Positions 31,018 through 40,087 of a DNA stretch of 64,000 nucleotides are shown one piece after another. This DNA comes from a virus. The translations under genes and the position numbers were made by a program. How positions within the stretch are numbered: the first letter of the stretch is position 1; the number at the start of each line of letters is the position of its first letter. The DNA is taken from IMG/VR virus record IMGVR_UViG_3300032116_015770, one strand, 5' to 3'. Under the pieces are notes generated by a model that saw only the letters and a list, made by a program, of their open reading frames with translations, had not been told where the DNA came from and searched no databases.

Positions 31018-31530
31018 ATGTCCGATCAACGCATTTCAAGAACTTACAAATATGTAAGTACAAAAGAGTATCACGATTCGTTTCCTTGTGCATATCGCCA
31101 ATGGCGTGCCGACTCACATTGTAACCTAATTCATGGTTACAGTTTTAACATGAAGTTTTATTTCGGTACAGATCATCTAGATGTACGTAATTGGGTAGCT
31201 GATTATGGTGGTTTAAAAGAGCTGAAGAACGTCCTAGAGGATCAATTTGATCATACTTTACTTGTAGCTCAGGATGATCCAGAAATTGATATGTTTTATA
31301 AACTACAGGAGAAAAAATTAGCTAAGCTTACTATACTACCTAGGTTAGGATGTGAGGGTCTAGCTGATATGCTTTATAAGTATGTAAACGGGGTATATAT
31401 CCCCGACATGTGGGGTCCCGGTGAAGCCGATCGCTTATGGTGTTATAGAGTAGAAGTAAGAGAAACACAGAGCAACATGGCATGGCGTGAAGGTCATAGG
31501 GAGTGGAACGAAGATCTTTTCGAAGGATAG
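31018..31530 (+). CDS. queD: 6-carboxytetrahydropterin synthase
   Basis: HCNLIHGY, DYGGLK, FDHTLL, VRET motifs. Confidence 0.88.
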   Translation: MSDQRISRTYKYVSTKEYHDSFPCAYRQWRADSHCNLIHGYSFNMKFYFGTDHLDVRNWVADYGGLKELKNVLEDQFDHTLLVAQDDPEIDMFYKLQEKKLAKLTILPRLGCEGLADMLYKYVNGVYIPDMWGPGEADRLWCYRVEVRETQSNMAWREGHREWNEDLFEG

Positions 31531-31533
31531 CAT

Positions 31534-31707
31534 ATGAAAAAAGTAGATTATCTTGAAGCGCTTCAAAAACAACACGACGATTTAGATAAAATTATTGATG
31601 AGGAGTATAGGCATTTCAAAGATGATAATCTTGTAAAACATATGAAAAAGAAGAAACTACAACTTAAAGATGAAATCGAAGTATTGAGCAAACAATTAAA
31701 TGGCTAA
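31534..31707 (+). CDS. Small coiled-coil protein, DUF465-like
   Basis: Translated by hand (57 aa): QHDDLDKII...MKKKKLQLKDEI. Confidence 0.65.
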   Translation: MKKVDYLEALQKQHDDLDKIIDEEYRHFKDDNLVKHMKKKKLQLKDEIEVLSKQLNG

Positions 31708-32752
31708 AGTAGCGTTAGTAACCGATACACATTTTGGGGCAAGGTCAGATTCAATTCCAATTGATAACTTCATTAGAAAGTTTTATGAGGAATGTTTCTG
31801 GCCTGAAATAGACAGAAATGAAATTAGAACTATTTTTCATCTCGGTGATTGCTTTGATCGCCGCAAGTATATTAATTTCAATACTCTAAAATCATGTAGA
31901 GAATATTTCTTCGATCAAGCAAAGAAAAGAGATATTCAGCTAGTAATGATTGTAGGTAATCATGACACGTTTTTTAAAAATACTAACGGTGTTAATGCAC
32001 ATAGTCTACTACTAAAAGAATATGATAACATCCTTGCTTATAGTGGTCCTACTGATTATAGTATTAGCGGAAGAACTATTCTATTGATGCCATGGATATG
32101 TACTGAAAATTATGAAGAATCGATGGATGCGCTTAAAACAACAGACTCAAAAGTTTGTTTTGGACATTTTGAAATTGCTGGTTTCCAAATGTATAAAGGG
32201 CATGAAAACGATGATGGATTTGATCCTAACATTTTTAGTAGATTCGATATCGTATGTTCTGGCCACTATCATCATCGTTCCAATAATGGTAATATTCATT
32301 ATCTTGGGAACCCTTATGAGCTTACTTGGGCTGATTATGATGACCCCCGTGGCTTTCATATATTCGATACGAAAGATCTTTCCTTAGAGTTCATACAAAA
32401 CCCTTTCAATATCTTCTCAAAAATCTACTACGACGATACAAAAGATATCAGTTATAGTAAAGAAGATTTCGAAGGCAAGCATCTAAAACTTATTGTTGTT
32501 AATAAGACTGATCACTATAAATTTGACAAATTTCTCGAAAAGATATATCAATCTAATCCATTAGAGCTTAAAATTATAGAAGACCTATCTGAGTTTGAGT
32601 CAGATGCTTTAGATGATGAGAATCTAGACCTAGAAGATACTATGTCACTACTATCACAGTATGTTGATAGTCTTGAGACTGAAGCTAACAAAGACAGAAT
32701 TAAGACTATTATGAAAACATTGTATGTGGAAGCACAAAACATTGAAGAATGA
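31700..32752 (+). CDS. 47: Recombination endonuclease subunit gp47 (Mre11-like)
   Basis: DTHFG, GDCFD, GNHD, GHYH motifs. Confidence 0.95.
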   Translation: MAKVALVTDTHFGARSDSIPIDNFIRKFYEECFWPEIDRNEIRTIFHLGDCFDRRKYINFNTLKSCREYFFDQAKKRDIQLVMIVGNHDTFFKNTNGVNAHSLLLKEYDNILAYSGPTDYSISGRTILLMPWICTENYEESMDALKTTDSKVCFGHFEIAGFQMYKGHENDDGFDPNIFSRFDIVCSGHYHHRSNNGNIHYLGNPYELTWADYDDPRGFHIFDTKDLSLEFIQNPFNIFSKIYYDDTKDISYSKEDFEGKHLKLIVVNKTDHYKFDKFLEKIYQSNPLELKIIEDLSEFESDALDDENLDLEDTMSLLSQYVDSLETEANKDRIKTIMKTLYVEAQNIEE

Positions 32753-34464
32753 TTATATTTAAATCGATCAAGTATCGTAATTTTCTATCGACCGGTAGCC
32801 AGTTTACAGAAATATACTTTAACAAATCACCTATGACGTTGATTGTAGGTGAGAATGGTGCGGGAAAGTCTACCGTGCTTGATGCGTTATGTTTTGTATT
32901 GTTTGGTAAACCGTTTAGAAATATTAACAAGCCTCAACTGATTAATAGTATCAACAACAAGCAGCTAGAAGTTGAGGTTGAGTTCAGCATTGGTACAAAA
33001 GAGTATAAGATAAGACGAGGTGCAAAGCCAAATATCTTTGAAATATACTTGAACGACCAATTGCTGAATCAAGATGCAGCTGCTAGAGACTACCAAAAGT
33101 ACTTAGAAGAGCATGTTCTTAAACTTAACTTCAAGTCTTTTACGCAGATCGTTATTCTTGGTTCAGCATCCTTTACACCTTTTATGCAACTACCCACAGG
33201 GCATAGAAGAGAAATTATCGAAGACCTTTTAGACATAAAGATCTTCTCTGTAATGAACGATGTATTAAAGCAAAAGTATAACGATATAAAAGATAAGGTC
33301 AGTGCTCTTGAAAGTGAAATTAGTGTAGGTAAGACAAAAGTCAAGCTACAGCAAGACTATGTTAAGACCTTAGAAGATGATAAGCAAAAGAAGGTAGAAG
33401 ATGTACAAAAACGCATATCTGAATCGTCTGCAGAGATTACAAAACTCAATGCTAGCGTTACAGTCGAGAAAGAAAAAGAAACTGGCCTTCAATCCAGTAT
33501 ACTCGACGCGAAGGAGAAGCGTGGCAAGAGATCTGAAATGGAAGCTCTCCTTAGAAAACTTGCCGAAAAAATTAAGACTCAAGAAAAGCATATTGGGTTT
33601 TACGAGCAACATGATGTATGCCCGACATGTAATCAAGGGCTTGATGAGTCACACAAGCATGAAGCGATCACCACGCATACGCATAAGATCGGAGAAGTAC
33701 AAACTGCCATCGAATCTCTCTCCTCACAGCTTGAAGTTATTGAAACTAGACTTGATGAGATTGCTGCTATCGAGGAAGAAATTTCTCAATGTAAAGAAAA
33801 TATTATCGAGCTCAATACAAAAATTATCGCCGAACAAAACTACATTAAAAAGCTCCAGGATGAGCTTCAGGCTCAAGCGACTGACAACGCTAATGTCGAG
33901 GACGAGAAGAAGAAAATCAAAGACTTGGCGAAACAAGTGGTTGAACTCGCCAATAAAAAAAGTGAATTATCGGAGGAAAGGTTCTACCTGGAAGTGGCAG
34001 GTATCCTTCTCAAAGACACCGGAATTAAAACTAAAGTCATAAAGCAATATTTACCAGTCATTAATAAGCTCGTTAATAAGTATTTACAGGCTATGGACTT
34101 TTTTGTCCATTTCGAATTAGACGAGACATTTAATGAAACAATCAAATCAAGACATAGAGACGAGTTCTCATATGCGTCGTTTAGCGAGGGTGAGAAGCAG
34201 CGTATTGATCTTGCTCTTCTTTTTGCTTGGCGTACTATTGCAAAGATGAAGAACTCAATAAGTACAAACTTATTGATGTTAGACGAAGTATTCGACTCCT
34301 CACTAGATATAAATGGTACCGACTTTGTAATGACATTACTACACACTCTGGGTGATGAGACTAATGTGTTTATTATTAGTCATAAGGATGCTTTATTCGA
34401 TAAGTTCAGAAGTGTAATTAAGTTTGAAAAGAAGAATGGTTATAGTCAGATTGCGAGAAACTAA
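32749..34464 (+). CDS. 46: Recombination ATPase gp46 (Rad50-like)
   Basis: GENGAGKS, CPTC hook, FSEGEK, LDEVFD motifs. Confidence 0.96.
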   Translation: MIIFKSIKYRNFLSTGSQFTEIYFNKSPMTLIVGENGAGKSTVLDALCFVLFGKPFRNINKPQLINSINNKQLEVEVEFSIGTKEYKIRRGAKPNIFEIYLNDQLLNQDAAARDYQKYLEEHVLKLNFKSFTQIVILGSASFTPFMQLPTGHRREIIEDLLDIKIFSVMNDVLKQKYNDIKDKVSALESEISVGKTKVKLQQDYVKTLEDDKQKKVEDVQKRISESSAEITKLNASVTVEKEKETGLQSSILDAKEKRGKRSEMEALLRKLAEKIKTQEKHIGFYEQHDVCPTCNQGLDESHKHEAITTHTHKIGEVQTAIESLSSQLEVIETRLDEIAAIEEEISQCKENIIELNTKIIAEQNYIKKLQDELQAQATDNANVEDEKKKIKDLAKQVVELANKKSELSEERFYLEVAGILLKDTGIKTKVIKQYLPVINKLVNKYLQAMDFFVHFELDETFNETIKSRHRDEFSYASFSEGEKQRIDLALLFAWRTIAKMKNSISTNLLMLDEVFDSSLDINGTDFVMTLLHTLGDETNVFIISHKDALFDKFRSVIKFEKKNGYSQIARN

Positions 34465-35057
34465 TGGAACATCAATTATATGATTGGCCTCTAGATGTTA
34501 TAGAAGGTCCGCTTTATATTACCTTTGAAGACTTTCTAACCCCTGAAGAGGTAGATAAGGTACACCAACTAGGCAATGCTCAAGTGATGAGAAGAGCGTC
34601 TACCTATACAGATGGAAGTGAAGATCCTGAAGTAAGAAAGTCTACCATAAGCTGGATTCCTTCTAATAATACTAATGCTCATTGGTTATTTAAGAAGCTT
34701 CAGAATAAAATATTTGAAGTTAATAACGATAAGTACAAATATGATTTGTTCTCAATAGATCATCTTCAATATGCTATTTACGGTAAGTATGAGCATTTTA
34801 CTGACCACATAGACATTAGTAGTGCAGGGAGAATGGGAATACGAAAGCTAAGTTTTTCTATTCAACTAACTGATGGTGACACATATAAGGGTGGAGACTT
34901 ATCGTTGAAACACATAGAAGTTAAACCGGTAGTTCTATCTCGTAAAAAAGGATCGATTTCTTTCTTTCCAGCATACATTGTACATGGAGTCTCTCCTGTA
35001 CTGCAAGGAGAAAGAAGAGCCCTAGTTGGTTGGGTTCAGGGTCCTAGATGGAGATAA
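34464..35057 (+). CDS. 2OG-Fe(II) oxygenase
   Basis: HID...RKLS, YKGG, HGVSPV..GER.ALVGW motifs. Confidence 0.88.
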   Translation: MEHQLYDWPLDVIEGPLYITFEDFLTPEEVDKVHQLGNAQVMRRASTYTDGSEDPEVRKSTISWIPSNNTNAHWLFKKLQNKIFEVNNDKYKYDLFSIDHLQYAIYGKYEHFTDHIDISSAGRMGIRKLSFSIQLTDGDTYKGGDLSLKHIEVKPVVLSRKKGSISFFPAYIVHGVSPVLQGERRALVGWVQGPRWR

Positions 35058-35072
35058 TGAAAGAGAGAAAAA

Positions 35073-35345
35073 ATGTCAAACATACCTCCAGAGTATCTAG
35101 ATGATAGCTTTGACTTTGGCTTTACAGCTGTAGACGAAGAATACATTACCTCACCAGTATTAACAGAAACCTACACTACAGTAGAAGGTGAGTATAAAGC
35201 TAAATTAAAAGCTGTAGAGCAACTTATTATTCCTTTGCTAGTTAACCTGATGAAGAATCCTGATAAGGATTATATTAAGTGGCCTAATAGAGCTCCACAG
35301 ATACAAAAGCAAATTGATAAAATTTTAGGGATTACAAGAAGCTAA
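35073..35345 (+). CDS. Conserved hypothetical protein
   Basis: DFGFTAVDE...NPDKDYIKWPNR pattern. Confidence 0.65.
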   Translation: MSNIPPEYLDDSFDFGFTAVDEEYITSPVLTETYTTVEGEYKAKLKAVEQLIIPLLVNLMKNPDKDYIKWPNRAPQIQKQIDKILGITRS

Positions 35346-35788
35346 TGTTTAGTAAAAGAGATAAAGACCTATATTTAGACAACTCGTCTATAAGAAACTA
35401 TACACTAGAGATTATCAAGCAAATGAATCAGGATAATTGGACTCCTGATGTAGTGTTAGGTTTTGCAAGAGGGGGTTTAATTCCTGCTATCTTTATTAGT
35501 CACTGGTATGATATACCTATGATAGCTATTAATAAAGATAAAGAGTTTGATAACAGGTTAGACTATGACAACGTTCTTGTTATTGACGATATAAACGATA
35601 CAGGTAATACGCTTGCTTATTTCGATGAGAAGGTTAGACCTAGGTTTAGAAACGTAAAATATGCTGCTGTAATTAACAACGAAGCATCTAAGTTTGACAT
35701 TAATTACTTTGGGTATTCTTACAACAAAACAGAAGAGCCTAACTGGATCGTCTTCCCTTGGGAAACCTGGTGGCACGACCGGCTATAA
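35345..35788 (+). CDS. Type I phosphoribosyltransferase (gpt-like)
   Basis: ARGGLIPA, VLVIDDINDTG PRPP motif, WIVFPWE. Confidence 0.88.
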   Translation: MFSKRDKDLYLDNSSIRNYTLEIIKQMNQDNWTPDVVLGFARGGLIPAIFISHWYDIPMIAINKDKEFDNRLDYDNVLVIDDINDTGNTLAYFDEKVRPRFRNVKYAAVINNEASKFDINYFGYSYNKTEEPNWIVFPWETWWHDRL

Positions 35789-36290
35789 TTAGAGATTCAA
35801 TTGAATCATAGTCTTTACCTAGAATAAAACCTTTAGGTAAAAAGTGTCTGGACTTTGATCTTATTTCTTTTGATGTATCAGGGTTATATGCCCAGTAAGT
35901 TCCTCTTACGTTTTTATTACCTACTTGGGCGTTACCAATTAGTAGTTTAGATTGCCTACTATGCTGCTTTCCTTGAAAGTTTGATTTACCTTTCATGGTC
36001 ATAGATATTTTACGTTTAGTTTCTTCACTTTGCTTTCCACCCATTTTAGCGTCTCTCATCTTCTTACGAGCTTCTTCCGTAACGATAGGCTTAGGTGGTT
36101 TAAACCATTCTTCTATGTTATAATTAGAATGTTGACGTAACAACTTATCTTTGTAAAGTTCGTAACTGCTTTTTTCTTTAAACGAATTCAATATCTCATA
36201 GCCGTAACCATAGCGTTTCTTCACGGAAGCCGTGGGGAAATCCGATATTATAATTTTTTTAACAGTATAATTGCAGTAAATATGTAACAT
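35739..36290 (-). CDS. NUMOD3-repeat protein (homing endonuclease-related)
   Basis: TEEARKKMR, SEETKRKIS, GKQHSRQSK NUMOD3-like repeats; no clear nuclease motif. Confidence 0.6.
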   Translation of the reverse strand: MLHIYCNYTVKKIIISDFPTASVKKRYGYGYEILNSFKEKSSYELYKDKLLRQHSNYNIEEWFKPPKPIVTEEARKKMRDAKMGGKQSEETKRKISMTMKGKSNFQGKQHSRQSKLLIGNAQVGNKNVRGTYWAYNPDTSKEIRSKSRHFLPKGFILGKDYDSIESLIIAGRATRFPKGRRSS

Positions 36291-36291
36291 G

Positions 36292-36320
36292 TTGCACGGA
36301 ATAAGTTTTGCTCATATAAT
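36292..36320 (+). promoter_or_regulatory. Sigma70-type early promoter
   Basis: TTGCAC-N17-TATAAT. Confidence 0.8.
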
Positions 36321-36349
36321 ATGTATGTTACTTGATAAGGAGATATATT

Positions 36350-36769
36350 ATGATGCCAGCTGGACGTTACTATGTAGGTGACTTGTGCTATGTTATGACT
36401 GATAAAGAGTGGGATGAATTCTGCGCTCTTACTATCGTTGACAATGATTGTGTACATGGTGAGTTTACTTTTGCAGACGGTCGTCGTTTTGCAACGTATG
36501 GTACTAAATGGGGTGATGGTATCTATCGCTCTAACATTAACACAAAGCATTCCGTAGATGCTGGTTTGATTGGATGTATTCGTATTGATGATATTAACCC
36601 AGAAAAACTAGATGAAGAAAATATGGAAGAACTGGGTGCCGTTATTCATTTTGATTATAGCTTTAGTACAGGTTCAAGAGATGGAGTTATCACCTTCGGT
36701 GATGTTATAATACATACAGATTCCGATGAGGAATACTATGACGAAGAAGAGGACTACGAATATGAGTAA
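36350..36769 (+). CDS. Conserved hypothetical protein
   Basis: AAGGAG SD; YYVGDLCYV..TKWGDG..VDAGLIG pattern. Confidence 0.7.
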   Translation: MMPAGRYYVGDLCYVMTDKEWDEFCALTIVDNDCVHGEFTFADGRRFATYGTKWGDGIYRSNINTKHSVDAGLIGCIRIDDINPEKLDEENMEELGAVIHFDYSFSTGSRDGVITFGDVIIHTDSDEEYYDEEEDYEYE

Positions 36770-37046
36770 GGTGCAGTTACAAAACAGACCTATTGTAGCA
36801 TTTGATCCTACTAAAAAACTTCATCGTAAGATTTTTTACGATATGATGAAGTATCGTACCTGGGGTCGATCGCCTATTAGGTTCTGGTTAGAAGAAGATA
36901 ATTATAATCTTATCGACCAACTACAACGTAAAATGGCTAGGTATTACATGGAGAAAGAATTTGGCTCTCTAGAAAATCTAGAAGAGAAGCCATTGTCAGA
37001 AGGTGAAGTACGTACTAGACCTAACCCTTATTGGATTGAATCTTAA
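36762..37046 (+). CDS. Hypothetical protein
   Basis: Coupled ORF. Confidence 0.6.
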   Translation: MSKVQLQNRPIVAFDPTKKLHRKIFYDMMKYRTWGRSPIRFWLEEDNYNLIDQLQRKMARYYMEKEFGSLENLEEKPLSEGEVRTRPNPYWIES

Positions 37047-37202
37047 TGCTATTGGAACAATTTATTAAAGCTATACGGGCATTCAGAAATAAACCTGCAA
37101 TGCTCCGTCAAGCTATTCGTGATGCTGAATTATATCATAAAGAAGGTGAGCTTAGTTCAGCTGAGCTTACTATGTTAAAAAGACTCGCCATGGGAGGTGT
37201 AG

Positions 37203-37343
37203 ATGGCTAAACAAGTATCAACAGGCGTAGCTAAACATGAATCTCTAGTAAAGAGAACTAATCAGGGTGGTAAAATTAAAACATCCACTCTAAGTAAACA
37301 TAAGAAAAGATGTTTTAAAAGATATAGAGGACAAGGAAGATGA
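37203..37343 (+). CDS. Small basic protein ending RYRGQGR
   Basis: Translated by hand (46 aa); GGAGG SD. Confidence 0.6.
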   Translation: MAKQVSTGVAKHESLVKRTNQGGKIKTSTLSKHKKRCFKRYRGQGR

Positions 37344-38164
37344 AAATCGCAGTAGCATCAGATCTCCATTTAGAGTTCGGACCGATCACTCTTAAGAATA
37401 AAGAGAATGCTGACGTATTGATTCTCTCAGGAGATATCTGTGTTGCTGCAGACATTAAACCTAAAGATGACCCATACTATAAGCAGCTAGATAGATTTGG
37501 TCGTAGTGAACAGGTGTATGAGTTCTTCGCCAATTGCTGTAAGGAGTTTAAGAACGTTCTTTACGTTATGGGTAATCATGAATACTATCATGGTGACTAT
37601 GCATTTGTTGTTGATTATTTACTTGAGCATTTAAACTACGATAATCTTCATATCCTAAACAATGATGTGTTTAAGATTGACGATCTTACTTTTATCGGTG
37701 GTTCATTATGGACTGATATGAACAAGGAAGATCCTATTACAATTAATCAAGCTTTGGGCTACATGAATGACTATCGTCAGATTAGAAATTCAAAGCATAA
37801 TGTTAATGGTAGATTCCTTCCTCAGGATACAGTAGAAGAGCATAAAGAAATGCTTAAGCTAATTAAGGATACTTTGGCTGCTTCGAATCCAGAAGATAAG
37901 TTTGTAGTTGTTGGTCATCATGCTCCAACCAAGATGAGTACTCATCCAAGATACAAAGACGACCACTACATTAATGGCTGTTATAGTTCTGATCTAAGTG
38001 AGTTTATTTTAGACAATCCTCAGATCAAACTTTGGACTCACGGTCATACTCATCATGTGTTTGACTATATGGTTGGTTCAACACGTATCGTTTGTAACCC
38101 TAGAGGTTATGATGGCTACGAGGATAGAGCAGATCAATTTGTTCTAAAATATGTGGAGGTCTAA
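37340..38164 (+). CDS. Metallophosphoesterase
   Basis: SDLHLE, GD, GNHE, HHAP, HGHTH motifs. Confidence 0.9.
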   Translation: MKIAVASDLHLEFGPITLKNKENADVLILSGDICVAADIKPKDDPYYKQLDRFGRSEQVYEFFANCCKEFKNVLYVMGNHEYYHGDYAFVVDYLLEHLNYDNLHILNNDVFKIDDLTFIGGSLWTDMNKEDPITINQALGYMNDYRQIRNSKHNVNGRFLPQDTVEEHKEMLKLIKDTLAASNPEDKFVVVGHHAPTKMSTHPRYKDDHYINGCYSSDLSEFILDNPQIKLWTHGHTHHVFDYMVGSTRIVCNPRGYDGYEDRADQFVLKYVEV

Positions 38165-38377
38165 ATGGGCTGGGCTAGTGGATCAGATGTAGCATATCAA
38201 ATGATTAAGTCTTTAAAGAAAAATGTTAAAGACGATAAGACTAGAGAAAAAGTTTATTCGGACTTAATTACAGTTTTAGAAGATCATGATTGTGATACGT
38301 TATGTGAGTGTATGGAGGAAGATCCAGTGTTTGATAAGGTTCTTCTCTCCATACACCCAGACTGGGATGAAGATTAA
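38165..38377 (+). CDS. Hypothetical protein
   Basis: GGAGG SD; coupled ORF. Confidence 0.6.
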   Translation: MGWASGSDVAYQMIKSLKKNVKDDKTREKVYSDLITVLEDHDCDTLCECMEEDPVFDKVLLSIHPDWDED

Positions 38378-38844
38378 TCTAGCTTAGGTGTGATTAATCT
38401 TTTTCCTTCTAAAGAACTACCCATGGTCGGCGTACTACCCATAGTAGGTGCCGGTGATGGACTAGAATCCATAGACATAGGAGGAGCATCTAAAGTAGGC
38501 TCGCTTCTGGTAAAGCTGGGAGTTGAAGGAGGTGCTGGGGGAGGAGTGTATGGCTTGTTAGCTGCATCAATAGCTTTAGCTCTTAACTCTTTATCATCTC
38601 CAGCAAGCATAATACCTGATAGAGTACCAGTCAGGAATGTCGCTACAGGAATTATAAGCTCAAAGAATTTATTATCAACCGGTGACATTCCATTCATTGG
38701 CTGAGTAACAAAAATAAGGCTATACAGAACTACAAATACAATTCCGAATAGTGTTAGACCAAGAATAATACCAATAAAGAACTTCAGTCTTGCATTCAAT
38801 TCTTCGGTAGTATATTTTTCTTCTGACCATAGCTGTTTAATCAT
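38374..38844 (-). CDS. Two-TM membrane protein with Pro/Ser-rich tail
   Basis: Two hydrophobic segments; part of a minus-strand operon. Confidence 0.7.
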   Translation of the reverse strand: MIKQLWSEEKYTTEELNARLKFFIGIILGLTLFGIVFVVLYSLIFVTQPMNGMSPVDNKFFELIIPVATFLTGTLSGIMLAGDDKELRAKAIDAANKPYTPPPAPPSTPSFTRSEPTLDAPPMSMDSSPSPAPTMGSTPTMGSSLEGKRLITPKLD

Positions 38845-39095
38845 TTACATTCTCCTTTTTTTACTGCTCCACATTGTGAAGGTTGCATGCTTGGTGTTGT
38901 GTGATTGGATGAACTAACAACCTTTTCTTTTTCATAAGGTGTTAAATCTTCTGGACATGTTCCATTAGCACTGCAAATAGGTTTCTTGCAGTAGGATTCT
39001 TTCCAATTATTAGGGTCTTGACAAGGGTAACGATATCTTTCTTCACACCCAGATAAGAGTAGGAAAATAGGAACTAGTAACAATAGTTTCTTCAT
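38841..39095 (-). CDS. Cys-rich lipoprotein
   Basis: Signal peptide with LSGC lipobox; YRYPCQDP..C..PIC...TC. Confidence 0.75.
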   Translation of the reverse strand: MKKLLLLVPIFLLLSGCEERYRYPCQDPNNWKESYCKKPICSANGTCPEDLTPYEKEKVVSSSNHTTPSMQPSQCGAVKKGECK

Positions 39096-39323
39096 TTACT
39101 CTCCATTCTGTTTTTTGGTAAATTTTTCTGATGCTGTGAATCCTAATCCGCCAATAACTATATACATCATGGCTTCATAGGTTTGAGGGCTTACTTTTAA
39201 ATTAAAGAACAATTCAGTAACAAATCCTATAGCAACTAAAAGAAAAGCAAGAAACGTAATAGTCCTCTTACTACTAGGGTAATTTTCACCTTCTGCAGTT
39301 AAAACTCGTAACAAAATACCCAT
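39096..39323 (-). CDS. Small two-TM membrane protein (holin-like)
   Basis: Two TM segments, charged C-terminus, AAGGAG SD. Confidence 0.55.
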   Translation of the reverse strand: MGILLRVLTAEGENYPSSKRTITFLAFLLVAIGFVTELFFNLKVSPQTYEAMMYIVIGGLGFTASEKFTKKQNGE

Positions 39324-39351
39324 TTTTATCTCCTTTTCTTATGTTTTCGTA

Positions 39352-39359
39352 TATTTATC
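39352..39359 (-). promoter_or_regulatory. Putative late promoter GATAAATA for the minus-strand membrane operon
   Basis: One-base variant of the consensus; the same variant occurs at 5022 and 18124, before gp14 and gp3. Confidence 0.55.
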
Positions 39360-39371
39360 GTAACGAAACAG

Positions 39372-39400
39372 TTGATTTACGATATAATACTATATACAAT
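39372..39400 (+). promoter_or_regulatory. Sigma70-type promoter
   Basis: TTGATT-N17-TACAAT. Confidence 0.7.
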
Positions 39401-39422
39401 AAGAGAACATTAAGGAGTCAAT

Positions 39423-39758
39423 ATGATACTAGTTCGCGAAACTACTGAATGGAGTGATAATACTCCTAATCATTACTATCTCTTATCTAACGATAAAATG
39501 AAGATGTTTGCTTATATGTCCGATTGCGGTATAAGTAAAGAGTTCAAGAATCCTATAGACTTCTTTCCAAAAGGTAGAAAGTTTGATGTGGTAGAAAAAT
39601 ATGCTGATCAGGATAAAGGTATAGCTGTAACTGGTTCTAAAGGTGACGTTTATTATGTAACGTCAGTAAATGGAGAGTACAAATGTACCTGTGTTGGTTT
39701 TAAGTATCACGGTACATGTAAGCATATAGAAAAAGTAGTAAATGATTTGGTAAATTAA
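39423..39758 (+). CDS. SWIM zinc-finger protein
   Basis: CTC..F.....CKH motif. Confidence 0.75.
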   Translation: MILVRETTEWSDNTPNHYYLLSNDKMKMFAYMSDCGISKEFKNPIDFFPKGRKFDVVEKYADQDKGIAVTGSKGDVYYVTSVNGEYKCTCVGFKYHGTCKHIEKVVNDLVN

Positions 39759-39760
39759 TA

Positions 39761-39789
39761 TTGTTTTTTGGATCCTGTGTATCTATAAT
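39761..39789 (+). promoter_or_regulatory. Sigma70-type promoter
   Basis: TTGTTT-N17-TATAAT. Confidence 0.6.
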
Positions 39790-39817
39790 ATCGGGGTTCT
39801 TTTTATTAGGAGTTGAC

Positions 39818-40087
39818 ATGAAATCGATTAAGAAAATTACTGTATTTTATACTGATGGTACGTTTGAAGATATTGAAAAAACTCAAACGTTTGATATAAG
39901 TAAAATTAATACAGCCCCCGTTGTAAATACAAACCCTTGGTGGAATAATAATCCTACCAGCTATACATACACAGCATCATCTCCAGCTGCCGGGCTTAAT
40001 ATTGCCCCTGTAGCATCTCTTACTACAGCTCAAATCAGTACTATTTCAGGAGGGTCATTGTATGACGGTTGGAAACCCCAAGCCTAG
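39818..40087 (+). CDS. Hypothetical protein
   Basis: AGGAG SD before the ATG at 39818. Confidence 0.55.
   Translation: MKSIKKITVFYTDGTFEDIEKTQTFDISKINTAPVVNTNPWWNNNPTSYTYTASSPAAGLNIAPVASLTTAQISTISGGSLYDGWKPQA

Noticed and set aside
22670-31530. que genes serving only tRNA queuosine synthesis
   Set aside because: No queA or queG/queH in the window; the TGT-fold protein is short, lacks the CxCxxC zinc site of tRNA TGT and is coupled to a formyltransferase. Not fully excluded.
33401-34042. 213-aa alternative-frame ORF inside gp46
   Set aside because: Shadow of the coiled-coil coding frame; no SD or recognisable motif.
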